A stretch of 32,451 nt of DNA from Acholeplasmatales bacterium (GCA_017413585.1 JAFPSY010000011.1:1-32451), one strand, 5' to 3'; counted from the stretch's first letter, positions 1 to 10,351 are shown. Numbers and translations: made by a program. Notes: generated by a model from the letters alone, not told the origin.

Positions 1-2187
1 ATAGTAGCGACCACTCTGGTCCACTAATCCACTTAGCTTAACCCCAAGATCATCGCCAGAAATTAATCCTTCATCACCTACTACATTTTCGATGTATTTT
101 AATTGATTATTCTTATATCTTGTATCAATTCCATCACTTCCAACACCTAAATAGGTATGGGACATATCATCATATAGCTCAACCTTAACGATTCTTTGTG
201 CAATTTGGATAGGTACTCTTATCGTTTTTGCCTTAAAGTTTGCCGTCTCCCCTATAGAAACAATTGCAGTATAATTACCCGCATTTGTAGGTGCTATAGT
301 AGAATCATAGGTAGCACCATCAATTTCATTTCCTTGGTAGTGATAAGAAATCGGAGTTGCCTCACCCATTTCAATTGCTGCATCTGTAATTGGATGTTTT
401 TCCTTATTATAGACGCATTCAATATTACTTGCTGTAAGTGTTGGCTCTGCTCTTTCAATATTTACATCAAAATCAAAGGTAACTTCACCAGATTTATAAT
501 CCACACCATATTCGCTATATAAAGCATAAATGGATAGGGTGTATGCACCACTTTGAGCAACCTCATTAATCTCTAAGGTATCTTGATAGATTGAATTGTT
601 TTCATCCTTCAATTTCCATACATATTGATATTCTACATCAAGTGGATGAGATAGCTTTGGAGTTAAAGTAGTAACATTCATTGGAGAATAAACTCTTTCT
701 AGCTTATTTCCTGAAATATTTACTCCATCAAGCTCTAAAAACTCGGGTTTTTCTATAATCCAATTTGCCTGAACCTCTGATTTATCCTTAAATCTATAAT
801 CAATGGTTCCTACAAGCTGATTACCAAGCTTATATTGAATATCACTAAAGCCTACTCTTGGCATTTCTGTAATTGTAGGTAGTGTATACTTCATAGATTC
901 ACTAACATATACTGTTTTATCCTTATCCCCACCAAGGTTATAGAAGATATTACAAGATATAACATCCTCTACCTTAGGGCTAAGGACTAAGGATTCTTTT
1001 ATTTCATCACCAAGCAAGTAAGGGTTACCCTCCACATCATACCAATAAGGAAGAACCTTTTTATCGATTTCGTATCTTTCCTTATAATATTCCATTGTAG
1101 CTTGATAATTTTGTGTTAAATTACTTAAATAATGCGTTTCATCCTTAGTATTTTCGAAAAAGCTTGCTTTAAGCTTTTCACCCTTTTTCACAATAACTGT
1201 ATTAATATAATCATAGCCCTTAGTATCAAAATTGATGAAGCATTCATCACTTTCTACGCTAGGATATATATTATATTTTTTAAAGGATTCATTTTGTCTA
1301 TATGCATCCACTAAGCTTCGATCTACATCGATATACTTTCCATCAAAGAAATTACCCTCTGCATTTAAAATATTTTCCTTATCTAATAAATGTAATACAG
1401 ATACACCATATAGGGAATCCTCCATTAAATATGGATTTCCCTCAAGATATACATCATCAATGTCATAGAATGCATAAGCACCTATTCTTTCGATGCTTCT
1501 AGAAACATATATCGATTCCACCATAGAATTTGAAAATGCAAAATTACCAATTTCTGTTACCTTTTGGGTATAAAATTCACTAGGAACATTTACTCTTTTC
1601 GATAAACCATTATAAACTCCAGTAATTGTTAAAGTATTATTATCATTTAATTCATACTTTACATTTCTTGAGAAGTCTAAAACGGATATCTCAGCAGGAG
1701 AAAAATATCCAATAAGTAAAAATACAGGTACAAGCCCCATCGCAATAGAGCTTAATACAATAGAAATAACATTCTTCTTTGTTGGATTCTTATCCTTTAA
1801 ATTAAAGCGGAATAGGAATAAAGAGCACGAAATGGATAATACCATATAGGCTAAATATTCATAATTCACTAAATGATATTGATTGCCATAAACAATCGTT
1901 AACATTAAGAAGAATCCAATAGGAAGTGTAAATAGAACTCTACCTATACGATATAGGGATTCAAACATTCTATTCTTACCAGATATAATGAAGAATAATA
2001 AATAAACGACAAGTGCAAAGCACATTATACCATCGATAACTGTAAAGAAAATTTCATTTCCCTTAACGATATAGGAAATAAAGAAAAACAATAGATTCAT
2101 TATAACCATGAATGTTAAGCCAATTAAAAGTAATGTTCTTCTTTTTACAATGTTCTTTGAAATCATTACAAAATCATTATTCTGCAT
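1..2187 (-). CDS. Multi-pass membrane protein with extracellular BspA-type LRR, InlB-B-like, Ig-like and MBG-like domains (partial, >729 aa, runs off left edge; not in ORF track)
   Basis: Translated by hand: ATG at 2187 after AAGGAGG, no stop down to base 1. About 5 hydrophobic segments in the first ~165 aa, then VTEIGNFAF and SIERIGAYAF (LRR_5-like), YQYVWKL..QSGAYTL (Ig-like) and APTNAGNYTAIV (MBG-like). Confidence 0.85.
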   Translation of the reverse strand, partial: MQNNDFVMISKNIVKRRTLLLIGLTFMVIMNLLFFFISYIVKGNEIFFTVIDGIMCFALVVYLLFFIISGKNRMFESLYRIGRVLFTLPIGFFLMLTIVYGNQYHLVNYEYLAYMVLSISCSLFLFRFNLKDKNPTKKNVISIVLSSIAMGLVPVFLLIGYFSPAEISVLDFSRNVKYELNDNNTLTITGVYNGLSKRVNVPSEFYTQKVTEIGNFAFSNSMVESIYVSRSIERIGAYAFYDIDDVYLEGNPYLMEDSLYGVSVLHLLDKENILNAEGNFFDGKYIDVDRSLVDAYRQNESFKKYNIYPSVESDECFINFDTKGYDYINTVIVKKGEKLKASFFENTKDETHYLSNLTQNYQATMEYYKERYEIDKKVLPYWYDVEGNPYLLGDEIKESLVLSPKVEDVISCNIFYNLGGDKDKTVYVSESMKYTLPTITEMPRVGFSDIQYKLGNQLVGTIDYRFKDKSEVQANWIIEKPEFLELDGVNISGNKLERVYSPMNVTTLTPKLSHPLDVEYQYVWKLKDENNSIYQDTLEINEVAQSGAYTLSIYALYSEYGVDYKSGEVTFDFDVNIERAEPTLTASNIECVYNKEKHPITDAAIEMGEATPISYHYQGNEIDGATYDSTIAPTNAGNYTAIVSIGETANFKAKTIRVPIQIAQRIVKVELYDDMSHTYLGVGSDGIDTRYKNNQLKYIENVVGDEGLISGDDLGVKLSGLVDQSGRYY

Positions 2188-4675
2188 CAGAAGCCACCTC
2201 CTTTTCACCTAGGGTTAGGCTTTCCTTAAATCTATATTTACCCTTTTTCTTATCGAAAAGGTAAATAGAGATTTTCTTATCTTTACCATTTTGATAGCTT
2301 ATAACTAATGTATTCTTCGTGCAATATGCCTTAAATTTATCCTTTTGTCCAAAGGATTTATTATAAAATGCCTTAAGTAATACATCCTTATCCTGATTAT
2401 AATCAAAATCATTTAAGCTATCGCATAATTTACAAGTATCCCTATTCGATAAATAATTCGATAAGGCATATCTTTGACCGCAGGATTTACATACCTTTGT
2501 TTGATTTTCCTTTACCTTTAATTCGGTTTCAGGACAAACGAATAAATCCTTCTTCGCAACAGGTACAACCTTATAATCCTTTGCAAGCTCCATATTGTTA
2601 AAAATCATCTTTATAATGGATTCCTTATCCTCAGTAAATGGTACATTATCCATATTTAAATCAGAAATATCCCAATTTTTACCAATACAATTCTTGCAAT
2701 AATTTAAGCCATCATATTTGATTGCATCCGTCTTAACTACGGTTTCCTCACACATATCGCAAGTTACTAAGCAATCATCACAATATTGCTTACGCTTATC
2801 AAATTTTAGAGTTCTTGTATATTTAAAATATTGCTCGCAAAGACTACATTTTTTAACCTCGTCCTCACGATAATAGAATTTACCATCCTCTAAGTCCTCT
2901 TTCCAATTTTCTGGCTTTCTTTTGGTATATGCAAGTAATGCAATAGAATTATCAATAAATTGATTTTCTGTACCCTCACCATACTTCTTTAAATACTTTT
3001 GGCTTTTTGGATAATATTTATCATCATCGCCCTTAACAATAGCTTTATTCTTTTTATTTACCTCAAGGTTTTCACCATTCGTTAAATAGCTTAAGCAATC
3101 CAAACAAATAAATTCGTTTGTGGCTGGCTCAAAATTACCTAAATCATTTTGAATTAAGATCTCTCTTGAGCAGCTTTGACACATAGTCTTACCACAGAAG
3201 CTACATGTATTTAAGAAGCGATCCTTACATTCTGAGCAATATCGATTTGGGAATTCACTATTCTTACAAATCGATGTTTCACATTTATATAAATCAATAT
3301 CTGCATGCTCCTTACAATAGCTTCTTTCACAATCAACGTTGGAGCATTTTACTATATCGTAGGATGAATAAACCTTACCATTACAGCTTGTGTTAAAGCA
3401 TCTTTTCGCATGCTGCGAGCATAAATATTTATAATCGACAAAATCAATAGAATCACAAGCCCCTGCCTTGTAATAATACTTTCCACCAACCTTACGGTTA
3501 ATTGGAGTAGGTGCCTTCTTTTCTGACCAAACGCTATCACATTCACTACATTTTATTGTCATACATTTTTGGCAGCCTAAGAAATTTTGTACATACTCAT
3601 TGGATGCGACAATTTTATTTTTCTCGTTAATTACCTCACCACAAATTGGACAGGTATTTAGGGAATCATTTAGCTTGTTATTTGAGCTTTTCTTAATTTC
3701 ATAAACATCACTACCAAATAGATTTCTAAATCTAACAGAAACAAAGCTATAAGGTAATGGAGTTTGTGTAATATATCTAAAGTTCGCAGTCGCATGAATA
3801 TCAGGATTATCAGAAATGAATAAGGCATTTTGAATATATTTACCTAATTCAGAATCCTTAAACCAAGAAGGACTATTGGAAAAATCAGATACATATGCTT
3901 CAATTTGAGATAATACCTGATAAATAATTGGCTCAATATTCGCACTTATTCTTTCCTTATCATCTACAAATTCATGATTCTCAAATTTCTTTTTCAATGA
4001 AGCCTTTTCTTTTTGAGTGAATTTTCTTGCGGTTAATACATTAATTTTATTCGCCTTTTCTAAGCTATTAAATTCCTCTGCAATCTTAACCTGAACCTGA
4101 CCCTTATTATTTCCTTCACTGATTTCATCTAATCTAAAATAAACCTTGAATGGGATGTACTCCGTTTGATTTTCCCTTTCAACCTTAATTTTAAAACCAA
4201 TAGAATATAGGTTTTGACCTTGAGATTTTGCCTGCTCCGTATGGCTTTCATATGGAGATTTAATATAATCCTCAACGATAATCTCTTCAACCTCTTCATC
4301 ATTTGCAGGAAGAATCAAGAAATTGTATTTTTCATAAATCTTAGAAATAATCTTTTCTAATAATTCTGATACACCATCCTCGCTTTGAATGATATTGGAT
4401 TCGATAATAAGCTTCTTTTCCTTAATAGAGCCTAAATTCTTATAAGGATTTACCTCTTCTTCAACCTCTTCGGAGTCATCTCTATTCAATTTATGATAAA
4501 TATTACAAAAATTAAAAACTAATTCTCGTGATATTTTATAGGTAGTTTTTTCAAAATCAACAACAAGATATTTATAATCATCTGTATCCCTTGGTTCAAA
4601 GGAAACAGATAAATCATCTATTTTTTCTTGTGCCGAAAGTAAAAACTCCTCTAAATAATTATTTTCTCTATTGAT
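2177..4675 (-). CDS. Large Cys-rich multi-zinc-finger protein (~832 aa if started at ATC 4675; track starts at TTG 4489)
   Basis: About 18 CxxC/CxxH-type pairs (CPICG, CQKC, CSEC, CSQH, CKEH, CSFCG, CQSC, CLDC, CSLC, CDDC, CDMC, CKNC, CKSCG, CKLC). Frame is open 63 codons upstream of the TTG; GGAG lies 6 nt before ATC 4675. Confidence 0.8.
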   Translation of the reverse strand: MNRENNYLEEFLLSAQEKIDDLSVSFEPRDTDDYKYLVVDFEKTTYKISRELVFNFCNIYHKLNRDDSEEVEEEVNPYKNLGSIKEKKLIIESNIIQSEDGVSELLEKIISKIYEKYNFLILPANDEEVEEIIVEDYIKSPYESHTEQAKSQGQNLYSIGFKIKVERENQTEYIPFKVYFRLDEISEGNNKGQVQVKIAEEFNSLEKANKINVLTARKFTQKEKASLKKKFENHEFVDDKERISANIEPIIYQVLSQIEAYVSDFSNSPSWFKDSELGKYIQNALFISDNPDIHATANFRYITQTPLPYSFVSVRFRNLFGSDVYEIKKSSNNKLNDSLNTCPICGEVINEKNKIVASNEYVQNFLGCQKCMTIKCSECDSVWSEKKAPTPINRKVGGKYYYKAGACDSIDFVDYKYLCSQHAKRCFNTSCNGKVYSSYDIVKCSNVDCERSYCKEHADIDLYKCETSICKNSEFPNRYCSECKDRFLNTCSFCGKTMCQSCSREILIQNDLGNFEPATNEFICLDCLSYLTNGENLEVNKKNKAIVKGDDDKYYPKSQKYLKKYGEGTENQFIDNSIALLAYTKRKPENWKEDLEDGKFYYREDEVKKCSLCEQYFKYTRTLKFDKRKQYCDDCLVTCDMCEETVVKTDAIKYDGLNYCKNCIGKNWDISDLNMDNVPFTEDKESIIKMIFNNMELAKDYKVVPVAKKDLFVCPETELKVKENQTKVCKSCGQRYALSNYLSNRDTCKLCDSLNDFDYNQDKDVLLKAFYNKSFGQKDKFKAYCTKNTLVISYQNGKDKKISIYLFDKKKGKYRFKESLTLGEKEVASDAE

Positions 4676-4689
4676 AATCTACTCCAAAT

Positions 4690-7167
4690 TTAAAAGCCAT
4701 ACATATCTAGATCATCTTTATTTACTACATCAATGGATTCCTTAATATGATCAATCTCTTTTGTATGTCCAGCAATGTTATTTACTCTATCTCTAACATT
4801 ATTGAATAGGTTTGCAGCACTTTCCTCAAATCGATTGATTTGTTCATTTCTATCCATACTTAGCTTCAAAGATAAATCCCAGAATTCCTTTGCAGCAACA
4901 TCGAATTCAAGCTTTTCTTCCTTACCATTTCTTTTAGCATCATAGTATGTAGAAGCTGTTGTATCTCCACTCCAATTGGAGAATAGTTCAAGCTCATATT
5001 CAAAGAATCTTAATACATAGCCTTCAACATCCTGTGCATTCGCAAAGAAATAAATATCCATATCATTCCTTTGACCAATTCTATCGATTCTACCAATTCT
5101 TTGCTCCATATGTAATGGAGATAATAAAATAGAATAATTGATCATCGTATGGTAGCTTTGCAAATTTAAGCCTTCAGCATCTGTTGTATAAGCTATGGAA
5201 ACAACATTAGAGAATTTAATGTATTCCATATCATATTTGCTTAAATTTGATATTCTTGCTACGGAATCATTATCCATATAACGACCTTTAAAATCCCATA
5301 AATGAGCATTTTCAACAAGCATTCTTCTTTCAGAATCATCCTTACAGAAAATAATAATCTTTTCATTACAATGCTTAGGGCTATTGATAATTTCACCTAA
5401 TTTTTGCATCTTTTCAATCTGTAAGAATAAATTATCACTACATAGGATAAGTGCTAATTTATCATAATTCTTGATTTTCTGCATTCCCTTGCTATCTTTT
5501 TGCTGATCCTTTAATTTATTATTTAAATACTTAAAAAAGGCCTCAAAGAAAAGAGAATAATTCTCTTCTGCATTAATGAAGGTTAAATTTAAAATGAAAG
5601 CTGAAACAGCACCTTCAATAATCTTTTTCTTTTCGATTTCTAGAGGTAGATTTCCAAGGCTAGAGTATGCATCCATACTCTCATGCCAACGATTAAAATC
5701 ATTCTTACTTAAAATCCTATCAATGACTTCAATATTTAAGCCATCCTTCTTTAAATCAAACTTTGTTTCTTGTAATTCTTCTTTTGAAATCTCATGCTTT
5801 AAATATGCGATAATTCTTAATAGCTTATTAAATCTATCCATATCCAAATTAGGAATATATGCTTCATATTCTTGAACAAAGGATTCTCTTTCTCCCTTTA
5901 ATTCTGTATCACCATGAGCTCTATCTATAGGTTCACCCTTAATTGGTTTAATCTTATGAGCAACCTTGTCGTCCTTAAAATACTCCCTAACAGGATATCC
6001 ATTCTCTACATAGTTATTATTGAAATAATAGGAATGAGAATTCTTTTTCTTCCAATGAACTCCATATTTTCTTTTTTCAGGATCATATAGAGTGGTTAAT
6101 CTCGTATGACGCTCACCAAAGCGTGTAAACCACTCCCACCAACGATTTACACCACGGTTTTTCTCAAGTACTGTAGTCAAATCTAGGGTTTCCTTTGGCC
6201 CAATATCTAAATCCTTTTTGAAATCCTCTTCTGTATATTTAGGATCAATAATCTGCATTAGAGATATTAATTCTCTTAAATCATTCTTTATTGGTGTTGC
6301 AGTTAATAATAAAATCTTACCCTGCTTTTCAATTCTTTCTTCTCCATTGAATAGAATCTTTTGCTTCATTTGTAAATGATGCAATGCATTAATTTTATTA
6401 TCTGAGCTAGCTGCATCCTTTGATGTATATCTATGAGATTCATCAACCACAATTAAATCAATATGGAATGGCTTTAAAGGATTCTTTTCATTGTATTCTG
6501 AAACAAGAGAAATGAATCTGTCATCTACAAGATAAGAAAATGGAACTAAAGCACCTAAATAATCATAGGATATACCAGAAATGTTTTCCGAGCGATTTCC
6601 TTGATAATCCTTTATGATACCCGTCTTTTGATAATCACAAAGAATATCAAATACCTTTTGAACATCATCATCTGAATTGCCCTTAACTAATGCAAGATTT
6701 AAGCCGAACTTATCAAACATTTCATCATGCCAATTTCTAAGCAATTCATCATTCGATAATGTAATAATTAAGGTTCTCCATTCATCCCTATATGCAAGCT
6801 CTGCAATAAGCATACCAGCCTCAATGGTTTTACCCATTCCTACTTGATCTGCAAGCAATCCGCCCGTAGGAAGCTTTAAAATAGTTTCTACTGTTTGAAT
6901 TTGATGTGCATAAGCAAAGGACATCATATCAGGGGCTTCATGAGATTCCTCCATCTCTCTTTTTTTCTTTTTATAATATTTTTGATAATTGTAAAAATTG
7001 GTATCATTTAATCTTAATCTACCACGTACATTGGTTGCATCAAATCGATCTGCCTTAGATAATAAATCCTGATTTTGGGTAAAGTCTGTAGGCTCTAAAT
7101 TACCAATTTTTACTACTCCAGCACCTGTCTTTTCAGGTTCTATGGAGAATTTTATTTTTTCGCTCAT
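4690..7167 (-). CDS. SNF2-family (RapA/YqhH/DrmD-like) SF2 helicase/ATPase
   Basis: Motif I GGLLADQVGMGKTIEAG, II LIVVDESH, III LLTATPIKN, IV KIIIFC, V DAEGLNLQ, VI EQRIGRIDRIGQ. Confidence 0.93.
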   Translation of the reverse strand: MSEKIKFSIEPEKTGAGVVKIGNLEPTDFTQNQDLLSKADRFDATNVRGRLRLNDTNFYNYQKYYKKKKREMEESHEAPDMMSFAYAHQIQTVETILKLPTGGLLADQVGMGKTIEAGMLIAELAYRDEWRTLIITLSNDELLRNWHDEMFDKFGLNLALVKGNSDDDVQKVFDILCDYQKTGIIKDYQGNRSENISGISYDYLGALVPFSYLVDDRFISLVSEYNEKNPLKPFHIDLIVVDESHRYTSKDAASSDNKINALHHLQMKQKILFNGEERIEKQGKILLLTATPIKNDLRELISLMQIIDPKYTEEDFKKDLDIGPKETLDLTTVLEKNRGVNRWWEWFTRFGERHTRLTTLYDPEKRKYGVHWKKKNSHSYYFNNNYVENGYPVREYFKDDKVAHKIKPIKGEPIDRAHGDTELKGERESFVQEYEAYIPNLDMDRFNKLLRIIAYLKHEISKEELQETKFDLKKDGLNIEVIDRILSKNDFNRWHESMDAYSSLGNLPLEIEKKKIIEGAVSAFILNLTFINAEENYSLFFEAFFKYLNNKLKDQQKDSKGMQKIKNYDKLALILCSDNLFLQIEKMQKLGEIINSPKHCNEKIIIFCKDDSERRMLVENAHLWDFKGRYMDNDSVARISNLSKYDMEYIKFSNVVSIAYTTDAEGLNLQSYHTMINYSILLSPLHMEQRIGRIDRIGQRNDMDIYFFANAQDVEGYVLRFFEYELELFSNWSGDTTASTYYDAKRNGKEEKLEFDVAAKEFWDLSLKLSMDRNEQINRFEESAANLFNNVRDRVNNIAGHTKEIDHIKESIDVVNKDDLDMYGF

Positions 7168-7178
7168 AGAATCACAAC

Positions 7179-8891
7179 CTAACTTTCAACATATAGGGTA
7201 TAGCCCTCATTATTTGGCTCTCTCATGACCAAATGTCCATTCCAAATCGCTACAATGGAGCGATTCAAATACACTTCGTTATTTTGATTGTTCAATACGT
7301 ATGCACCATTTTCATAAGCGACTAAAAAATTATAGCCCTTATGTGGTGAAACATCCTTTTCACGCATATTCCTTCCATTTAAATCAAATTCTAATATCTT
7401 TCTTGCTTTAATACCTGAAAAATATACCTTATCTAAGGATACCGCAATATTGGTAAAAGCTTGCATAAAGCCTTTATCATTGGATCTTACCTGATATTTT
7501 GGCATAACATAGGAAGATTCCTTCTTATTTCCAAAAGGAGTGACAATTTCTAAGAATAGCTCATCTCTTTTTGAATATCCAAGATAGTATAAGCATCCAT
7601 CAAAGGAAATAATTGGATAATTATACATAAATTCTATTTTTCTATCTGGAGCTAGAATAGAACAATACCCATCAATAGGAGCATATTCCACATCAAATTC
7701 CAAAATAGGATCAAAAGAATCTAAATCTACAATATGTAATTCATGATTCTCTTCGATATACCCTGCACAGGTCTGTTCCTTATCAAAATCTTTAATGATA
7801 AAGATATTGGAAAGAACTCTTTCTCTCATTCGAAGCTGCTTTGTATTTTTAAATTCCTTTGTATAAAAATCATATCTTATAAAATCTACAATTGTTTGAT
7901 TATTATCAATATCATCAATTAATATATATGCGGATTGATTATATACAGTAATTGATTTTACAAGCATATTTTGAATTGGGAAATTATAAGGGAAGCTCTT
8001 TATAATTCCTTCTCTTCCTATAATCTTAATGGAATTCTTACAAGGAATGATTAGATAATATTTTTCCTTAAAGAACATTATCGCACCAGATGCGATAATA
8101 TCGTCTTCCATAGAGTATGTAAAAACCTCTTTCTTTTCTCTATCTAAGCAGGTAATACTTCTACCATCCTTTGAGATAAATAGATATTCCAAAAAGGATA
8201 GGGGAACAAAAACTCTAAATAATGGATTTTGATATTTTTGTTCTATAAGCTTTTTGCAATCTACAAGCTTCTCATACTTAATATCTTTATCCTCTTTATC
8301 CTTTTTTGTTTTCAAATATGGATTATAGTTATAATTTCCATAAGCACTTTGCCATAGGCGGCTAGAATTAAATAATCCAAGAGCGTTTTTTTCATATTGC
8401 TCATCACTAACATAGCTGTCTAAAAAGCCCTTAAGCTCATCCTTAATTGTTTTACAACGATTAATAATGCCACTTAGCTTTTGATATAATTCATCGGATA
8501 AGCCCTCTTTATCGATGGAAATGACATCATCATATATTCCATCAATTTTGTCATTAATGCTCTTAATCTTATCTCCGCTACGTTCATTATGAAATTCACT
8601 ATTCAGTGCTTCAATTGTATTTTCGTATTCCTCTAATTTTTCTTTATTTCCCTGCTCTTGAATGAGCTTATTCAAATAATTCTTTCCATTTTCTAGAGAA
8701 ATAGAGAATTCCTTTTCTATCCATTCTAAATCACTTAATTGATTTTGATAGGAATCATTCGATATACTTTCAAGGAATGCTTTATCATTTAATTTTATTT
8801 CAAGATAGCTTCTGTATGCTGATTTTGTAAAAATCAAGCAATTATAGGCTATCTTTTCATCGACATTTAATAATATTTTGTTTTCTACCAT
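7179..8891 (-). CDS. Hypothetical protein: N-terminal coiled coil and C-terminal beta-propeller-like region
   Basis: 570-aa ORF with GAGGAGG RBS. The first ~160 aa are helical and E/K-rich; after ~aa 230 come short aromatic beta strands (LFISKDGRSITCLD, KVYFSG, ILEFDLNG). Fold is inferred. Confidence 0.7.
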   Translation of the reverse strand: MVENKILLNVDEKIAYNCLIFTKSAYRSYLEIKLNDKAFLESISNDSYQNQLSDLEWIEKEFSISLENGKNYLNKLIQEQGNKEKLEEYENTIEALNSEFHNERSGDKIKSINDKIDGIYDDVISIDKEGLSDELYQKLSGIINRCKTIKDELKGFLDSYVSDEQYEKNALGLFNSSRLWQSAYGNYNYNPYLKTKKDKEDKDIKYEKLVDCKKLIEQKYQNPLFRVFVPLSFLEYLFISKDGRSITCLDREKKEVFTYSMEDDIIASGAIMFFKEKYYLIIPCKNSIKIIGREGIIKSFPYNFPIQNMLVKSITVYNQSAYILIDDIDNNQTIVDFIRYDFYTKEFKNTKQLRMRERVLSNIFIIKDFDKEQTCAGYIEENHELHIVDLDSFDPILEFDVEYAPIDGYCSILAPDRKIEFMYNYPIISFDGCLYYLGYSKRDELFLEIVTPFGNKKESSYVMPKYQVRSNDKGFMQAFTNIAVSLDKVYFSGIKARKILEFDLNGRNMREKDVSPHKGYNFLVAYENGAYVLNNQNNEVYLNRSIVAIWNGHLVMREPNNEGYTLYVES

Positions 8892-8962
8892 AAAATGCCT
8901 CCTCTATTTTAAAAGTAATTAGATTACTTATATTTTCTAAGTTGAGGGAGTGAAGCTTAGCC

Positions 8963-10351
8963 TCACTCCGTTTTGTCTTCATCCTTTTGTTCTTCAAAGT
9001 CAATCTTTGGAGCTTTTAATGATGTATCCTCACTAGATACATCAATTTCTTCAAAAGGAGTAGGTTCATTCTTTATAGGGCTAAGCTCTTCTTCGGAAGC
9101 TTTAACCTCTTCTTGATTACGATTAAAATCATTTAGCTTACGCCATTCATTTAATTTAACAATGTCATCCATCTGTACAGAGGAATGAATCATCTTTAAT
9201 GCATTTTTAAAATCCTCGTCACAAATATATTTTTGACTGTTGTCATTAAATGCTCTTCTTACAGATAATTCCTCAACATAGGATAATAAATTGGTTATAT
9301 CTGCACAGTTAAAGCCATTCATTTTTTCTACAACATAATCAATATCTATATCGGAATGGATTTCTACAATGCCATTTTCTCTAATTTTATCTAATCTATG
9401 ATTTACCATGTATTTTCTTGCATCATAATCTGGTAGTGTTACATAAATCTTTGTACCAAATCTACCAGGTCTTAGGAATGCAGAATCAATATCCCATGGT
9501 TTATTTGTCGCACAAATTAGGAATAGGATATTATCCTTCTTCTTGCCATAGGCTTGAATACCCTGTAATTGTGCTAATAGCTCACTTCTTAATTGTCTTG
9601 AGATTTGAGATCTCGTGGTCTTTGGTGCGATGGAATCCATCTCATCAAAGAAAATTACAGCACACTTAAAGCTTCTTGCTTGAGCGAATAAGGCTTTTAC
9701 AGCCTTTTCGGTATTTCCTACACCCTGCTGTAATAAGTCGGATGGAGTAACCGTACAGAATTTTGCATGAATGGTATTGGCGATTGCTGCAGCTACCATA
9801 GTCTTACCTGTACCTGGAGGACCATATAAACATAATCCACCTCCACCGGTAGTTACATAGCCTTGGAAGGCTTCAGGATGTAAAAGAGGCATTAATACCT
9901 TAATTCTTACGGTATCCTTTACCTCGTCTAATCCAGCAATGTCATCAAAGGTTATGGTTGGCATTTCATCCCACTTAAATGGGAAATCCGTATTATTTAC
10001 CTCGCCAGATTCTAATACCTTTTCCTCTGGAGTGGTATCATCCTTAGGCTCCTCTTTCTCTTCTTCTATTTCATCAAAGAATTTTGATGGTTTAGAATAA
10101 TCCTCCTTAGGAGCTTTTTTCTCTATACCTAAAATATCATAGGTAACACTAGTTAATTCACCATTAAGTAATTCCTTACGTACAGGTAAAAGCTTATTAA
10201 ACGCAAGTCCTGACTTTACCTTATTTACTCCAGCATCATAATCTGCCTTTAGAAGCATTAATAGTTTTTCAAGATAATTTAATGCGATTTTATATTCATT
10301 TTTTTCTACAAAATTTTTTACATTATGTAATAATTCACTGTAATTACTCAT
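8963..10351 (-). CDS. Vps4/CDC48-like classic AAA+ ATPase with MIT-like N-terminus and acidic tail
   Basis: ITFDDIAGLDEVK, Walker A GPPGTGKT, Walker B IFFDEMD, SRH ATNKPWDIDSAFLRPGRF, GFNCADI, C-terminal helix SSVQMDDIVKLNEW. N-terminal ~65 aa has a three-helix pattern. Confidence 0.88.
   Translation of the reverse strand: MSNYSELLHNVKNFVEKNEYKIALNYLEKLLMLLKADYDAGVNKVKSGLAFNKLLPVRKELLNGELTSVTYDILGIEKKAPKEDYSKPSKFFDEIEEEKEEPKDDTTPEEKVLESGEVNNTDFPFKWDEMPTITFDDIAGLDEVKDTVRIKVLMPLLHPEAFQGYVTTGGGGLCLYGPPGTGKTMVAAAIANTIHAKFCTVTPSDLLQQGVGNTEKAVKALFAQARSFKCAVIFFDEMDSIAPKTTRSQISRQLRSELLAQLQGIQAYGKKKDNILFLICATNKPWDIDSAFLRPGRFGTKIYVTLPDYDARKYMVNHRLDKIRENGIVEIHSDIDIDYVVEKMNGFNCADITNLLSYVEELSVRRAFNDNSQKYICDEDFKNALKMIHSSVQMDDIVKLNEWRKLNDFNRNQEEVKASEEELSPIKNEPTPFEEIDVSSEDTSLKAPKIDFEEQKDEDKTE

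Noticed and set aside
4690-7167. DISARM or other known SNF2 defence system
   Set aside because: No methyltransferase, DrmA/DrmB or PLD partner is seen in the window.
8963-8965. TGA read as Trp (genetic code 4)
   Set aside because: TGA ends ORFs at 8963 and 20678, and the long genes translate intact under code 11.
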